The notes: a model not told the origin generated them from the sequence alone. 64,000 bases of DNA from Octopus sinensis (GCF_006345805.1 NC_043011.1:53890464-53954463), one strand, 5' to 3'; counted from the stretch's first letter, positions 12,182-29,261 are shown. Numbers and translations are program-made.

Positions 12182-12548
12182 GATTAAATTAAAAGAAGAC
12201 AACAAATGGAAAACATGACATACCTATATATATATATGATTCACAAAAACGTAAGGTAAATAAACAAACGAACATAAACTAAATACACAGGTGAACAGAA
12301 ATCACAGGTCACAAAATCCTCATCAGTTTTTCGGTTGGGGGGTCAAACACAATTTCAGCCATTATCGATAATAGCCGAAATTGTGTTTGACCCCCCAACC
12401 GAAAAAATGATGAGGATTTTGTGACCTGTTATTTCTGTTCACCTGTGTATTTAGTATATGTTCGTTTGTTTATTTACCTTACGTTTTTGTGAATTATATA
12501 TATATATAGGTATGTCATGTTTTCCATTTGTTATCTCCTTTTTATTTA

Positions 12549-12551
<3 letters not shown>
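12182..12551. repeat. Spacer-less inverted repeat, 2 x 185 bp, ~95% identity
   Basis: Centre ATTATC|GATAAT at 12366/12367; 9 mismatches by hand alignment. Confidence 0.9.
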
Positions 12552-12582
<31 letters not shown>

Positions 12583-12794
12583 GACACATATATACACAAA
12601 CACACATATGTATACATATATTCTCTAAGTTCGTTTATGGGAAACCTTTTTGAATATGCATATAAAAACTCCTATTTTATTAACCCGGTTACTGCCTAAT
12701 GATACCAACTGGCAATACTGGTTTTTTGAGGTTGCACCAAGCTGTGCTGATATAATGTAGGATTAATATAGTAATAATAATAATAATAATAATA

Positions 12795-13197
12795 ATCATC
12801 ATCGTCATCATCATCATCATTTAGCGTCCGCTTTCCATGCTAGCATGGGTTGGACGGTTCAACTGGGGTCTGTGAAGCCAGAAGGCTGCATCAGGCCCAG
12901 TCTGATCTGGCAATGTTTCTACGGCTGGATGCCCTTTCTAACGCCAACCACTCCGTGAGTGTAGTGGGTGCTTTTTATGTACCACCCGCACAGGTGACAG
13001 ACAGAGCTGGCAAACGGCCATGAACGGATGGTGCTTTTACGTGCCACCGGCATGGGGGCCAGGCGAGGCTGGCAACGGCCACGAATGGATGGTGCTACAT
13101 GCCACTGGCATGGGGGCCAGGCGAGGCTGGCAACAGCCACAAACAGATGGTGCTATGTGCCACCGGCACGGGGGCCAGGCGAGGCTGGCAACGGATA
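12795..13197 (-). mobile_element. RTE LINE 3'UTR (family C) with ~60-bp internal repeats and (GAT)n tail
   Basis: Same 3' end as the RT-bearing copy at 38491-39794. Confidence 0.8.
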
Positions 13198-13221
13198 AAT
13201 AATAATAATAATAATAATAAT

Positions 13222-13592
13222 AATCCTTGAATGGAATTTATACATATCTTAATGCATCGCTACGCATGTTTCCACAAATTACGTGTTTCTTAAGATCATA
13301 GTCTGTATTTCTTGGATGATTATAGTACAGTCTGTAGTATCCATGGACATTGGGTTGATCCTGTTCATGCATCCATCATTTTGGGTTTTATGAATTAATT
13401 CAGTTAAACATCCATTAATGCTATATCACTTGAAGAAATGAATGCATGAACATGATCTGCCTGATGTACATGGATACTATGGACTGTACTGTAATCACCC
13501 TTGGAATACAGGCTATGATCATAAGAAACATGTGATTTGTGGAAACGTGCGTAGCTATGCATAAAGATATGTATAAATTCCATTCAAGGATT
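13222..13592. repeat. Fold-back (MITE-like) element, ~150-bp arms, ~85% identity, ~65-bp spacer
   Basis: Hand alignment of AATCCTTGAATGGAATTTATAC... with ...GTATAAATTCCATTCAAGGATT. Confidence 0.85.
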
Positions 13593-13766
13593 GCATGTAA
13601 AAGCACCCACAATACTCTCAGAGTGGTTGGCATTAGGAAGGGCATCAAGCTGTAGAAACTCTGCCAGATCAGATTGGAGTCTGGTGCAACTTTCTGGCTC
13701 GTTAGTCCTCAGTCAACCCATGCCAGCATGGAAAGCAGATGTTAAACGGTGATGATGATGATGATT
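13593..13766 (+). mobile_element. RTE 3' end fragment (family C)
   Basis: GGTTGGCATTAGGAAGGGCATC...GTTAAACGGTGATGATG. Confidence 0.75.
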
Positions 13767-13779
13767 ACTAGATTCTATC

Positions 13780-14662
13780 TAATGCCTGGAGAGAAAGTTA
13801 GAAGTAGTTGATAGCTTCTGTTATCTCAGTGTCCAAGTCAGTAGTAGAGGTGGATGCTCTGAAAGCATAGCTGCTAGAATAAGAATAGGGTGGGCAAAGT
13901 TCAGAGAGCTCCTACTTCTGTTGGTAATAAAGGGCCTCTCTCTCTCAGAGTGAAAGGCAAATTGGGTGATGCCTGTGTGGGAACAGTCATGCCACATGGG
14001 AGTAAAACGTGGGCAGTGGTTGCTGAGGACATGCATAGGTTTGAAAGAAATGAAGCTGGTATCCTTTGCTGGATGTGCGATGTCAGTGTGCATGTATGAC
14101 AGTGTAAGCATCTTGAGATAAAATCTGGGCATAACAAGCATCAGATGTGGTATGCAAGAGAGATGATTGTGCTTGCATGGACATGTGCAGTGTATGGACA
14201 AGGACAGCTATGTGGAAAAGTGCTGTTCTAATAACTAGTGACCAAAACCTTTGGCAATATGCCATGCTTGTGAAGACCCATTGAGTTAAGTGAAACCATA
14301 GTTGTGGCCGATGCCTGAGTCATGTAACTGACACCCATGCTGGTGACACGTAAAAAGCACTAAAAAGCATCCTTCGAACATTTGGCCTCATAGAGGTGAT
14401 AAGTGGCCGAGACCTTCGGTGTTATGCTGTGCTTGAAAAGACTTGTCAAGCCAAGTGAAATCATAGTGAAGGCTGATGCTGATGTCACATACCTGGCACC
14501 CATGCCAGTGGCACGTAAAATACACCCTCTACACTCTTGGAGTGGTTGGTGTCAGGAAGGGCATCCAGTCAGATTGGAACTTGTTGCAGCTCTCGAGCTT
14601 ACCAGCTTCAGTCAAACCATTTACCTCATGCCAGTATGGAAAGCAGATGCTAAGTGATGATG

Positions 14663-14694
<32 letters not shown>

Positions 14695-14727
14695 GATGAT
14701 GATGACGACGACGATGATGATGATGAT
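13780..14727 (+). mobile_element. 5'-truncated decayed RTE LINE (RT C-terminus, 3'UTR, GAT tail)
   Basis: [29 protein letters not shown] motifs; homologous to 38570-39050. Confidence 0.85.
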
Positions 14728-14844
14728 TTATATATATATATATATATACATATATATATAATTGAGTTTGGATGGATGTGTTATCTGGGCGATACCGTGT
14801 TAGCTCTCAGCTGGGTTCCAGATATATATTCTTTTAATTTTTCA

Positions 14845-15056
14845 TTCTTTTATTTGTTTCAGTAATTTGGCTGTGGCCATGCTGGGGCACCACCTTTAGT
14901 CGAACAAATTGACTCCAGGATGTATTCTTTGAAAGCCTAGTACTTATTCTATCGATCTCTTTTTGCCAAACTGCAAAGTTATGGCTACGTACACACACCA
15001 ACATCGGTTGTCAAGCAATGTTGGGGGGACAAACACAGACACAAAAATACATACAT

Positions 15057-15145
<89 letters not shown>

Positions 15146-15304
15146 CGATAGTCTTCTTTCAGTTTCTGTCTACCAGATACACTCACAAGGCTTTGGGTTA
15201 CCTGAGGCTATGGTAGAAGACGCTTGCCCAAGATGCCATGCAGTGGGACTGTACCTGGAGCCATGTGGTTGGGAAGCAAGCTTTTACCAAATAATCACTC
15301 CTAT
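14845..15304 (-). mobile_element. SINE family A
   Basis: Homology to 71-496. Confidence 0.8.
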
Positions 15305-15808
15305 ACATGTGTGAAACTGACTTGTTCTGAGGAGGCAAAGAAAGTAAGAAAACAGGGAACAGCTGCCAAAGAAAATGACAACAACAACAACAATATATGT
15401 AACAAGACTAACAATAAAACCTGAAGATGACTACCAGTAATACTTTAGGTTTGCTGGGAGTAAAGGGAATGAAATATAATAGGTGGGAGGGTGGAGAGCA
15501 TGAGAAGGGGGAAAAACTTAAACAAGGAAAATAAATAAATAAAAAGTTTTTGGAAAAGCCACCGAAACCAAAAGATAAGTGTTACATGCCTTACTTCTTG
15601 GAATGGGGATGGAGGAAGGATGAGGGAGACAAATGAGAAGAAGAAGAAGAAGAAGAAGAAAAAGAACAACAGCCACAGGAAAGCAGAACATGGTGAAAAA
15701 GATATTTGCCAATATGAAATGACAGAAGAAAACATGCATACAAGCATGCACGCGCACACAGCACACACACACACACACATACATACATACATACACACAT
15801 ATATATAT

Positions 15809-15841
<33 letters not shown>

Positions 15842-15844
15842 CGT

Positions 15845-15886
<42 letters not shown>

Positions 15887-16289
15887 CTATATACATACAA
15901 ACACACACATACACACACACACATATATATATACACACACACACATGCATATACACACATATACGCACATATATGTATATGTATATATATATATAAATGA
16001 CGTACATACACACGCATACATTCCTAAATCCATACATACATGCATAAATGCATCCAAACTCACTTGCTCATGCACACACACTCACACACATGCACACACA
16101 CACACACACAAACGCGTGCACACACACAAACACGCGCCACACACACACACACACACACATGCACACATTCAACAGCGTAAGCATAATGAGAAAATGAAGA
16201 TAAAAGCAAGATATTAGAAGACAAACGCGTAAAAAGAAAATGAAAAGACGAATTTAGCAAAGTTAAATGTTTTATTCTGTGAAGAAATA

Positions 16290-16744
16290 ATAATAATAAT
16301 AATAATAATAATACTAAAACAACAACAGCAACAACAACAACAACAATAAGGACAATAACGATGATATACAACAAAAAACAATACCCCACTTTCCATTTGA
16401 AATGCAGGCGTAAACAGGCCACAAAATATCTGGTAAAATATATTTTAAAAAGATGACATTACAATTTGCTTCCATGTTGATCTTCTTATTGTTCTCGTTG
16501 TTGTTGTTTTCGTGGCTGTTTCCATTATCTCTTGTTGTCCTTAGTTGTCTTGTTGTCTTGCTTGTTTGCTTGTTGTTTTTTTTTTTACCTTTATTATTGC
16601 CATTATTATTATTATCATCATCATCATCATCATCATTATTATCATTATTGTTATTACTACTATTATTATCATTATTATTATTATTACTACTATTATTATC
16701 ATTATTGTTATTATTATTATTACTATTTCCATTATTATTATTAC

Positions 16745-16796
<52 letters not shown>

Positions 16797-16930
16797 TATT
16801 TTTTTATGTTATTTTTTTTGGTTGTTGTTGGAAAGAAAATATATTCAATGAAGTGGAGAATAAATTGAATGAAACAGGGTGGTTATGGTGGCTGTGGTGG
16901 TAGTAGTGGTGGTGGCGGCGGTGTGTGTGT
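16290..16930. repeat. (AAT)/(AAC)/(ATT)n/(ATC)n trinucleotide tracts
   Basis: Direct. Confidence 0.85.
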
Positions 16931-17079
16931 TTGTGTATGTGTGTGTGTTGGTATGGAGATATGGTGCAAGATTTTCTGCAATGAGTGATGCACATTGCAA
17001 GAAGGGAAAAGAAAATGGTTCAATGTGGGAACATGGAAATTCTAACCAGTTTCAGATGGTGAGAAATTGAAGTTATTAC

Positions 17080-20410
<3,331 letters not shown>

Positions 20411-20932
20411 CCAAACGTGTGAGAAACGGAAAGAGAAAAATAATTTTTTCAAATGATATTACCCATGAAGAATTTGTTGAAAATTCTTCAGTAACAAACG
20501 AAATCTCTTCCAGATATAATGAGTTCTGCTGAGAATGTATGCGAGTTGCTTTACTCTAAATTGCCTCTGGAATTAGTTCTTCACTTTTTATTGCATTATC
20601 CCTGTTTTTGTTTTTAATAGGATTGCTTATCGAGAAAGAGAGGAGAGAGAGAGAGAGTTGTATGTGTGTGTGTGTGTGCATGTAATTAATGTGTGTGGTA
20701 CCGTTGACAGTTTTATGTGATATTGCTCGCTCAGTTGGTGATGAGGTCTCAGTATGGGATTGAAACCAGATCAACTGATCCCTCTTTTTCTATCCACGGA
20801 GACATTGAGTAAAATATAAAAATAAAATGTTTATAATTCTCCATTGTAATTTGTTTATTCCATTTTATTTCACATAGGCAATATTGGGTAAAATCTTATA
20901 TTTTTTCTATAGCAAATTATATACATACATAT

Positions 20933-20978
<46 letters not shown>

Positions 20979-21759
20979 ACACAGAGCATATACAAAAACT
21001 CACACACACATATATATATGTATGTACATGCATACATGGATAAGCATGCATTTTTATACAAAATACATGTATGTATATAATACAAACCACACAAATTTGA
21101 TGAATTAAATTTGTGTCAAAGTGGAAAGAAACAAACAAAAGAATACTATGAGGAGTGACACAAATAAATTCATGAGCCTGAAAAGTGTAGAAATATAAAG
21201 TGTAAATACAACAAGCAAAGAAGTGCACTATGAAACTCTATACACAAAAGAAAGAAACACAAGACACACACACACACATCTAGATCAATGCTCATTTTCA
21301 CTTATTAATATACCAACTCCTTTATTTCTCCAGTGATGCACTAAAGACAAAGATCTTAAACCCTTATCTATATAGTCTGTCTCTGATTTTCAGGTAATAT
21401 ATCTTAATTACTTATACCTCCCACCTGCATGTCCTTGACTCTATGTCTCAATAAATATTGGGTGTGATTTGTTTGACTAAAACCCTTCAACGCAAAAGGG
21501 AAGATCCAACCTTTGTATGGTTGTCTCCTCCCTCAACCACTCTCAGCTCACCTGTCTCTCTTCTTATCATCTCCCATGCTGTCTATCCTCCTCCCCCACC
21601 ACCACCATTCAGGTCCCACATTAACCTCTATGTTTAGTTATCCCTTCCCAAAATGCTGACTCCCTCCCACAGTAATTCTCTCTCTCAGAACATGTTTTGG
21701 AATATGCTGTTGGAACAGCTTAAGTGGAGTGTTTGCTTACAGCATCAATCTCATTATTC

Positions 21760-22355
21760 ATAGAGAACCTGTAAAAACAATGATGACTGAACCTTTCTGA
21801 ACCTCGGTGACCAAAGGGCGAATTAACCAGGCCATCGTTTGTACTATCCTCATCTATGGTTGTGAAACATGGCCTATGAGGGTAGTCGATCAGCGAAGGC
21901 TGGAAGTTTTCGACAATGACTGTCTCCACCGCATTTTTTGCTGCCAACGCATTGATCGGGTTCCTACAGCCGATCTTCATCATCACCTGGATCTCCGGCC
22001 CATCCCTTCGGTGCTTCTACAACGGCGCTTAAGGTGGTTCGGTCATGCAGCCTGGTGTCCAGAGGGTGAGCTGATTGGCGATGTCCTCCTCCCACCTCCG
22101 CTTCCCAGCTGGCGCAAACGCAAGGGCGGGCAGCTGAAGACCTGGGCAACGACAATAAAGGAGGATCTCTCCAAACTCTCAGGTCCACAGGTGGTCGGTC
22201 TGCGCAGATGGAACCGCGAATGGCTCGCTATCTCCAGTGACCCCACACAGGACCATCGAGCGTGGGCCACCATGATTCGTGATGCCGTCAGGACCAGAGA
22301 AGAAGCTGGCTCAACCCACCCTGGGTGAACGCCGTCACAAGTACAAGTACAAGTA
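21760..22355 (+). mobile_element. RTE LINE 3' fragment (second family) with (CAAGTA)n tail
   Basis: ORF 21807-22328: TKGRINQAIVCTILIYGCETWP...RRLRWFGH...KRKGGQLKTW; CAAGTA x3 at 22338-22355. Confidence 0.9.
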
Positions 22356-22799
22356 GTCAGGCCTAGTTAAGAGATAAAACATAGTTATATATTTCTTTAT
22401 TGCCCACAAGGATAAAACATAGTTATAGGCTGCCCTTTGGCAAGGCATCGCACCCATTCAGCCACCCTGCCAGCAATACAGTGAAGTCATGGGAGTGCAA
22501 CATAGTGGATTGTAAAGGGGTAGTGGAAGAGCTCAACTGAGCCAATGGTGTTTTTCACATTGATGATGAGTTGGGGGAGTTCTAGAAGATCAATGGTCAG
22601 GATCACCAAACTCTATGAAGAGATGGTTGTGTAATCAGCCGATGAAAGAAGATTCACTATATTTCAATCTTCCAATTGAAATTCGTTATCTTGGAAGAGG
22701 ATGGTGACAAACAGTCATGGGAATCCATGAAATTAGCAAAAAAAAAAGAAAAGAAAAGATTTAGTGGCGATTTAACTGTTATTTCTAGCAGGTTAAACA

Positions 22800-22866
22800 A
22801 TCATATAAAGAAAGCTTCTTCACTCATGCTGCTGTTGCTGCAACAACAACAACTACTACTACTACA

Positions 22867-22914
<48 letters not shown>

Positions 22915-23143
22915 CCCACCACAACCACTACCACCATCACCATCACCACCACCACCACCACCACCACCACCACCACACACCACCACAACCACCACCACCA
23001 CATACTTACTACTACTACTACTAACTACTACTACACCAACTGCTGCTGCTGCTGCTGCTGCAGCTGCTGCTTCTGCTGCAGCTGCTGCTTCTGCTGCTGC
23101 TACTACTACTACTACTACTACTACTACAACCACCACCACCACC
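22800..23143. repeat. (CTA)/(CCA)/(CTG)n compound repeat
   Basis: Direct. Confidence 0.9.
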
Positions 23144-23144
23144 T

Positions 23145-23704
23145 AAAAAATTAAGCATCCAGCCAACATCATGGTGTTTTGGAGTGATCACTAGTGATGG
23201 TGATGTTATGCCTCCATTCATCTTCCCACACGGCCTCAGACTGAACACGGAGGCCTACATCAAGTGCCTGGAAAGGAGGTAGCGCTTTGCTGGGCAAGAG
23301 GGTGGCTGTTGGAAGACCCTTTGTCTGGCAACAGGACTCTGCGCTAGCCACACAAGCATGAGAACCCAGTCATAGCTGTCAGACAATTTCTGTGACCACA
23401 ACACCACTAACATCTGGCTACCTAACTCCGCAGACTGCAACTCCCTAAAGATGAACCGAAGGCAAGGATTATAGCAAGATTCACCAACTTAAACAAGGAT
23501 ACCATCCAGAAGAGTTGCAGGAGATTCCCAAGTTGTCTGGAGGGTGTGGTTGAAGCCAATGGCGATTTTATTGAATAAATTTACTATTTAGTATATTTAA
23601 AGATATTTTTATGTAATTTTGGTAAACAGGTAAATATACCTGTTAAAATAAGATGTCAATGTCATTTTCATTTTTGATTAATTTAGACAACAGTTCACTG
23701 CACC

Positions 23705-23707
<3 letters not shown>
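23145..23707 (+). mobile_element. maT-like (DD37D) Tc1/mariner-superfamily transposon, 3' relic
   Basis: IMVFGVITSDGDVMPPFIF, WQQDSALAH, IWLPNSADCNSL, VVEANGDFIE*; 3' end CTGCACCCTG|TA. Confidence 0.75.
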
Positions 23708-23742
<35 letters not shown>

Positions 23743-23745
<3 letters not shown>

Positions 23746-24140
23746 AGGCTTCTTTTAGTTTCTCATTTCTTTATTGCCCACAAGGGGCTAAACATAGAGG
23801 GGACAAACAAGGACTGACAAACGGATTAAGTCGATTACATCGACCCTAGTGCGTAACTGCTACTTAATTTATCGACCTCCAAAAGGATGAAAGGCAAAGT
23901 CGACCTCGGTAAAATTTGAACTCAGAACGTAACGGTAGACGAAATACCACTAAGCATTTCGCCTGGCGTGCTAACGTTTCTGCCAGCTTGCCGGCTTCTT
24001 TCACTTCCTGTCTACCAAATCCACTCACTAGGCTTTGGTTGGTTTAAGGCTATAGTAGAAGACTCTTGCCCAAGGTGCCAGGTGCACGCAGTGGGACTGA
24101 ACCCGGAACAATGTGGTTGAAAAGGAAAATTTTACCACAT
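23743..24140 (-). mobile_element. SINE A 5' part interrupted by a SINE B (23764-23996, minus)
   Basis: A sequence CTTCTTTTAGTTTC... resumes as CTTCTTTCACTTCCTGTCTACC after the B copy. Confidence 0.75.
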
Positions 24141-24189
24141 AATATATGAGTGTGTGTGTGAGTGTGTGTGCATGCATGTGTGTGTTTGT

Positions 24190-24450
24190 GTTTGTCCTAC
24201 ACACACACACACATTGCATGACAACTGTGTTGGTTGTTTACATCCTCTTAACTTAGAAGCTCAGCAGAGAATCCCGATAGAATGAATGCCAGATTACCAA
24301 AAAATAAATAAATAAATAAATAAATAATAAATAATAATAATAATAATAAAATAAGTACTAGGTTCGATTCATTTGACTAAAAAGCAAGAAATCCCTTTAA
24401 GATGGTGCCCCAGCATGGCCACAGTCCAATGACTGAAACAAGTAAAAAGG
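24190..24450 (+). mobile_element. SINE A-type 3' half, older
   Basis: GGTGCCCCAGCATGGCCACAG...GAAACAAGTAAAA tail. Confidence 0.65.
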
Positions 24451-24458
24451 AAATGATA

Positions 24459-24632
24459 GGCATAGGAGAAGGCTGTGTGGTAAGTAGCTTGCTTACCAAC
24501 CACATGGTTCTGGGTTCAGTCCAACTGCATGGCACCTTGGGCAAGTGTCTTCTACTATAGCCTCAGGCCGACCAAAGCCTTGTGAGTGGATTTGGTAGAT
24601 GGAAACTGGAAGAAGCCCGTCGTATATATGTG

Positions 24633-24665
<33 letters not shown>

Positions 24666-24767
24666 ATATATATAATTTATATATATAATAATATATATAT
24701 ATATATACATATATATATTATATTATATATATATATATATTATATTATATATATATATATACATATA

Positions 24768-24816
<49 letters not shown>

Positions 24817-25072
24817 GTGTGTGTGTGTGTGTGTGGTGGTGTGTGTATATGTTTGTGTGTCTGTGTTTGTCCCCCCCCCCAACATCGCTTGACAACTGAT
24901 GCTGGTGTGTTTATGTCCCATAACTTAGCGGTTCGATAAAAAGAGACCAATAGAATAAGTATTAGGCTTACAAAGAATAAGTCCTGGGGTCGATATGCTC
25001 GACTAAAGGTGGTGCTCCAGCATGGCCACAGTCAAATGACTGAAACAAGTAAAAGAGTAAAAAAGAGTAAGA
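24459..25072 (+). mobile_element. SINE family A, full length, expanded internal (TA)n
   Basis: Homology to 71-496. Confidence 0.85.
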
Positions 25073-26193
25073 GATAAGTCCATACCCTTATATTACGGAA
25101 CCAGAGAGTTAGAAACCTTTTGCCAATTTGCTTCAATATTCTTTGTTGGCTCCTCTTTATTTTCTTCTGTTTATCAATGTAGACAAATTTACAGTTTATG
25201 TCTTTGTATATATTCTTTGAGTAATCCTAGTTTTGTGGCCAAATTGTGCATGATTCAGAAAATATATGATCGAAAAGCAAACAAAAAAGAAAAGAGATAA
25301 AAATGAAAAAAAAAAGATGGAGATTGTTAGCCAAATCTTTGGCTATTTACTGAATCAAATGAAACAGAAGAAAATGGTTAGTGCTTCTCTGTTTTCTGTC
25401 ATACCTTTGAACAGAATCACAGACAAACACGCACAGATTCATATACTTGTGTACAAACAGTCTTATGCACACACACGCATTATATATATATATATATATA
25501 TCCATAATTATATATATATATATATATATATGGATAGATATATATGTATATATATATATATATATATGAATGCATATATCTGGTCTGTGTGGATGTCTGT
25601 GTTTATGGATTGTAATATTGTATATATATATTATATATATATTATATATATATATATATGGTTGTGAGTGTGTGGGTGGGTTCTGTTTATGGATGTGTAT
25701 TTATAGATAGTGCTGTGTGTGTTTATGAACATTACCCTTATATATGGAAGCACAGATAAACATGTATGTTTATATTCAAACAAACAAGCATGTACGTATA
25801 CACTCACATATGACCACTCATAAATAGATATACACATCACAAGCACACACACACACACATATATATGTTTATAAACATTCATAAATATATACAACTGCTC
25901 ATTTGTATACACAAGCTCAAGCACATATACACACATACAAGCAAATACAGAACAGGCACACACATATATATATCTACATGCATATGTATATGTGTATGTA
26001 TGCATATATATCTACATATATATGTGTGTGCGTAGTGTGTTTGTGTGTATGTAGATACACACATACACATATACACATACACACACATATATACATATAT
26101 ACATACATGTACATGCCATTCCTCAAATATTATCATACTATGCATAGATACTCTCTCATAGATAGGTAACAATTCACCTATAAATGTGTATAG

Positions 26194-26265
<72 letters not shown>

Positions 26266-26882
26266 CATACACTGACACACACACTCACACACACACATAT
26301 ATATAAAAGACTCACATTTATATATGCATATATACATAATATATACATAAATATATACATATATGTATAAAATATATATGTGTATATATATATATAAATA
26401 TATATATATACATGTACAAATATACATGCATACATGCACATACATACATACAAATACACACATGCATACATACATGCATACATACATGCATACATACATA
26501 CATACCTACATACATACACATACATACATACATACATACATATACATACATACATACATACATACATACATACACTCAAAGACACGCTGGCAATTATATG
26601 AATTATCCATAATGAAATGAATTCTGTAGAGAGTGAGATGTCAAGTGTGCTTAACTTTTATGTTGAAGCGGAAGTGTGAGATGTTGGATCTGCACTGCAT
26701 TACATGAAACATGCAATTATTTGCAAGTGTGTTGCACCAATTTGCAGTATATTTGCAGCACAAAAACTAAAGCCTTATGAACGTATCTCATTATAAAAAT
26801 TATATATGCATGCATATAAACACACACATACATATATACATATATACATACATACATACATGCATAATACATACATACATAT

Positions 26883-26913
<31 letters not shown>

Positions 26914-27176
26914 CATACATGTGTGTGTATGTATATATATATATACATGCACACACACATACATGCTCACATGCACACGCACACACATACACACGCACAT
27001 ATGACATATGTGTGTATATTTATGTACATGCAGGTATACATAAAAGAATCATATATATATATATATATGATTCTTTTATGTATACCTGTATACATGTATT
27101 CTTTTATATATATAAATAGATCTATATTTATGGATGTATATATATGTATATGTGCATACTTATATATGTGCAAACA

Positions 27177-27208
<32 letters not shown>

Positions 27209-27727
27209 CCTGTCAATGTATGTATGTATCTAACAACACCTATGCACACATATACACACACATTTATATATATATACATAAGTGTATATTCAATTAGAAA
27301 AATACTGTCAGAGACCTGTGATCTATAGCTGTCCAGCTATGACCATCATGCCTCTTGTATTTTTCAGTATGTGAATGGTCACATTAATCAATGTGCCAGT
27401 CCAATTTTTGTTTTTACCTCTTTTTTCAAAATAGCAAGGTATGATTAGAGTGAGATGTGATTGTATTTCTAGCAAGTTGATCAACAGCATAGAAACTTCT
27501 CATAAGTTGAGACTGTTATTGGAGATCAGAAAGGTCACAAGACAGATTGAGAGGACCACTTTGACATTGAATACATTCAGAATCCTAGATAGAATAAAAC
27601 AGACATGAAGATAACATTACAACATGTATATATAATTGCAAAGAAATGCGACCATTTGTGGATTAATATTAGAATAAGATTAGTATAAAGAATTAGATTA
27701 ACCTCCTCCTCCCCCTCCTCCTCCTCC

Positions 27728-28037
27728 TCATCATCATTATCATCATCATTTAGCGTCCACTTTCCATGCTAGCATGGGTTGGACAGTTCGACCGGGTCTG
27801 GGAAGCCAGGAGGCTGCACCAAGGTTCCAGTCTTGATCTGGCAGTGATTCTACAGCTGGATGCTCTTCTAACGCCAACCACTCCATGAGTGTAGTGGGTG
27901 CTTTTTACGTGCCACCGGCACAGATGCCAGGGGAGGCTGGCAGCGGTCAAGATCGGTTGGTTCTTTTTATGTGCCACCGGCACGGAAGCCCGGTCAAGGT
28001 GGCGCTGGCATCGGCCACGATCGGATGGGCATTTTAC
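27728..28037 (-). mobile_element. RTE 3'UTR (family C), cut by the gap
   Basis: CATCATTTAGCGTCCACTTTCCATGCTAGCATGGG. Confidence 0.8.
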
Positions 28038-28137
28038 NNNNNNNNNNNNNNNNNNNNNNNNNNNNNNNNNNNNNNNNNNNNNNNNNNNNNNNNNNNNNNN
28101 NNNNNNNNNNNNNNNNNNNNNNNNNNNNNNNNNNNNN
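28038..28137. other. Assembly gap (100 N)
   Basis: Direct. Confidence 1.
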
Positions 28138-28227
28138 ATACCTGTATACATGTATTCTTTTATATATATAAATAGATCTATATTTATGGATGTATATATA
28201 TGTATAGTGCATACTTATATATGTGCA

Positions 28228-28272
<45 letters not shown>

Positions 28273-28799
28273 ATATACCTGTCAATGTATGTAATGTATC
28301 AACAACACCTATGCACACATAACACACACATTTAATATATATACATAAGTGTATATTCAATTAGAAAAATACTGTCAGATGACCTGTGATCTATAGCTGT
28401 CCAGCTATGACCATCATGCCTCTTGTATTTTCAGTATGTGAATGGTCACATAATCAATGTGCCAGTCCAATTTTTGTCTTTTTTACCTCTTTTTTCAAAA
28501 TAGCAAGGTATGATTAGAGTGAGATGTGATTGCTATTTCTAGCAAGTTGATCAACAGCATAGAAACTCTCTCATTAGTTTGAGACTGTTATTGGAGATCA
28601 GAAAGGTCACAAGACAGATTGAGAGGACACTTTGACATTGAATACATTCAGAATCCTAGATAGAATAAAACAGACCATGAAGATAACATTACAACATGTA
28701 TAATACATTGCAAAGAAATGCGACCATTTGTGGATTAATATTTAGAATAAGATTAGTATAAAGAATTAGATTAACCTCCTCCTCCCCCTCCTCCTCCTC

Positions 28800-29135
28800 C
28801 TCATCATCATTATCATCATCATTTAGCGTCCACTTTCCATGCTAGCATGGGTTGGACAGTTCGACCGGGGTCTGGGAAGCCAGGAGGCTGCACCAAGGTT
28901 CCAGTCTTGATCTGGCAGTGATTCTACAGCTGGATGCTCTTCCTAACGCCAACCACTCCATGAGTGTAGTGGGTGCTTTTTACGTGCCACCGGCACAGAT
29001 GCCAGGGGAGGCTGGCAGCGGTCAAGATCGGTTGGTTCTTTTTATGTGCCACCGGCACGGAAGCCAGTCAAGGTGGCGCTGGCATCGGCCACGATCGGAT
29101 GGTGCATTTTACGTGCCACTGGCACAGGTATCACA
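28800..29135 (-). mobile_element. RTE 3'UTR (family C), duplicate of 27728-28037
   Basis: Near-identical sequence and flank. Confidence 0.8.
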
Positions 29136-29261
29136 ACTACAATTTCCATTTGATTTTTTTATTTACTTTTTATTATTTCTTTCTTTATTATTTTTTTTCC
29201 TTATATTTCTGTTGAAAGACACTGCCTTGTTTCAAATAATTTTGAAAGTGCCACTATTAAA

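Noticed and set aside
16950-17066. Possible exon ending at the donor ATG|GTGAGA
   Set aside because: No polypyrimidine acceptor upstream; unrecognisable peptide
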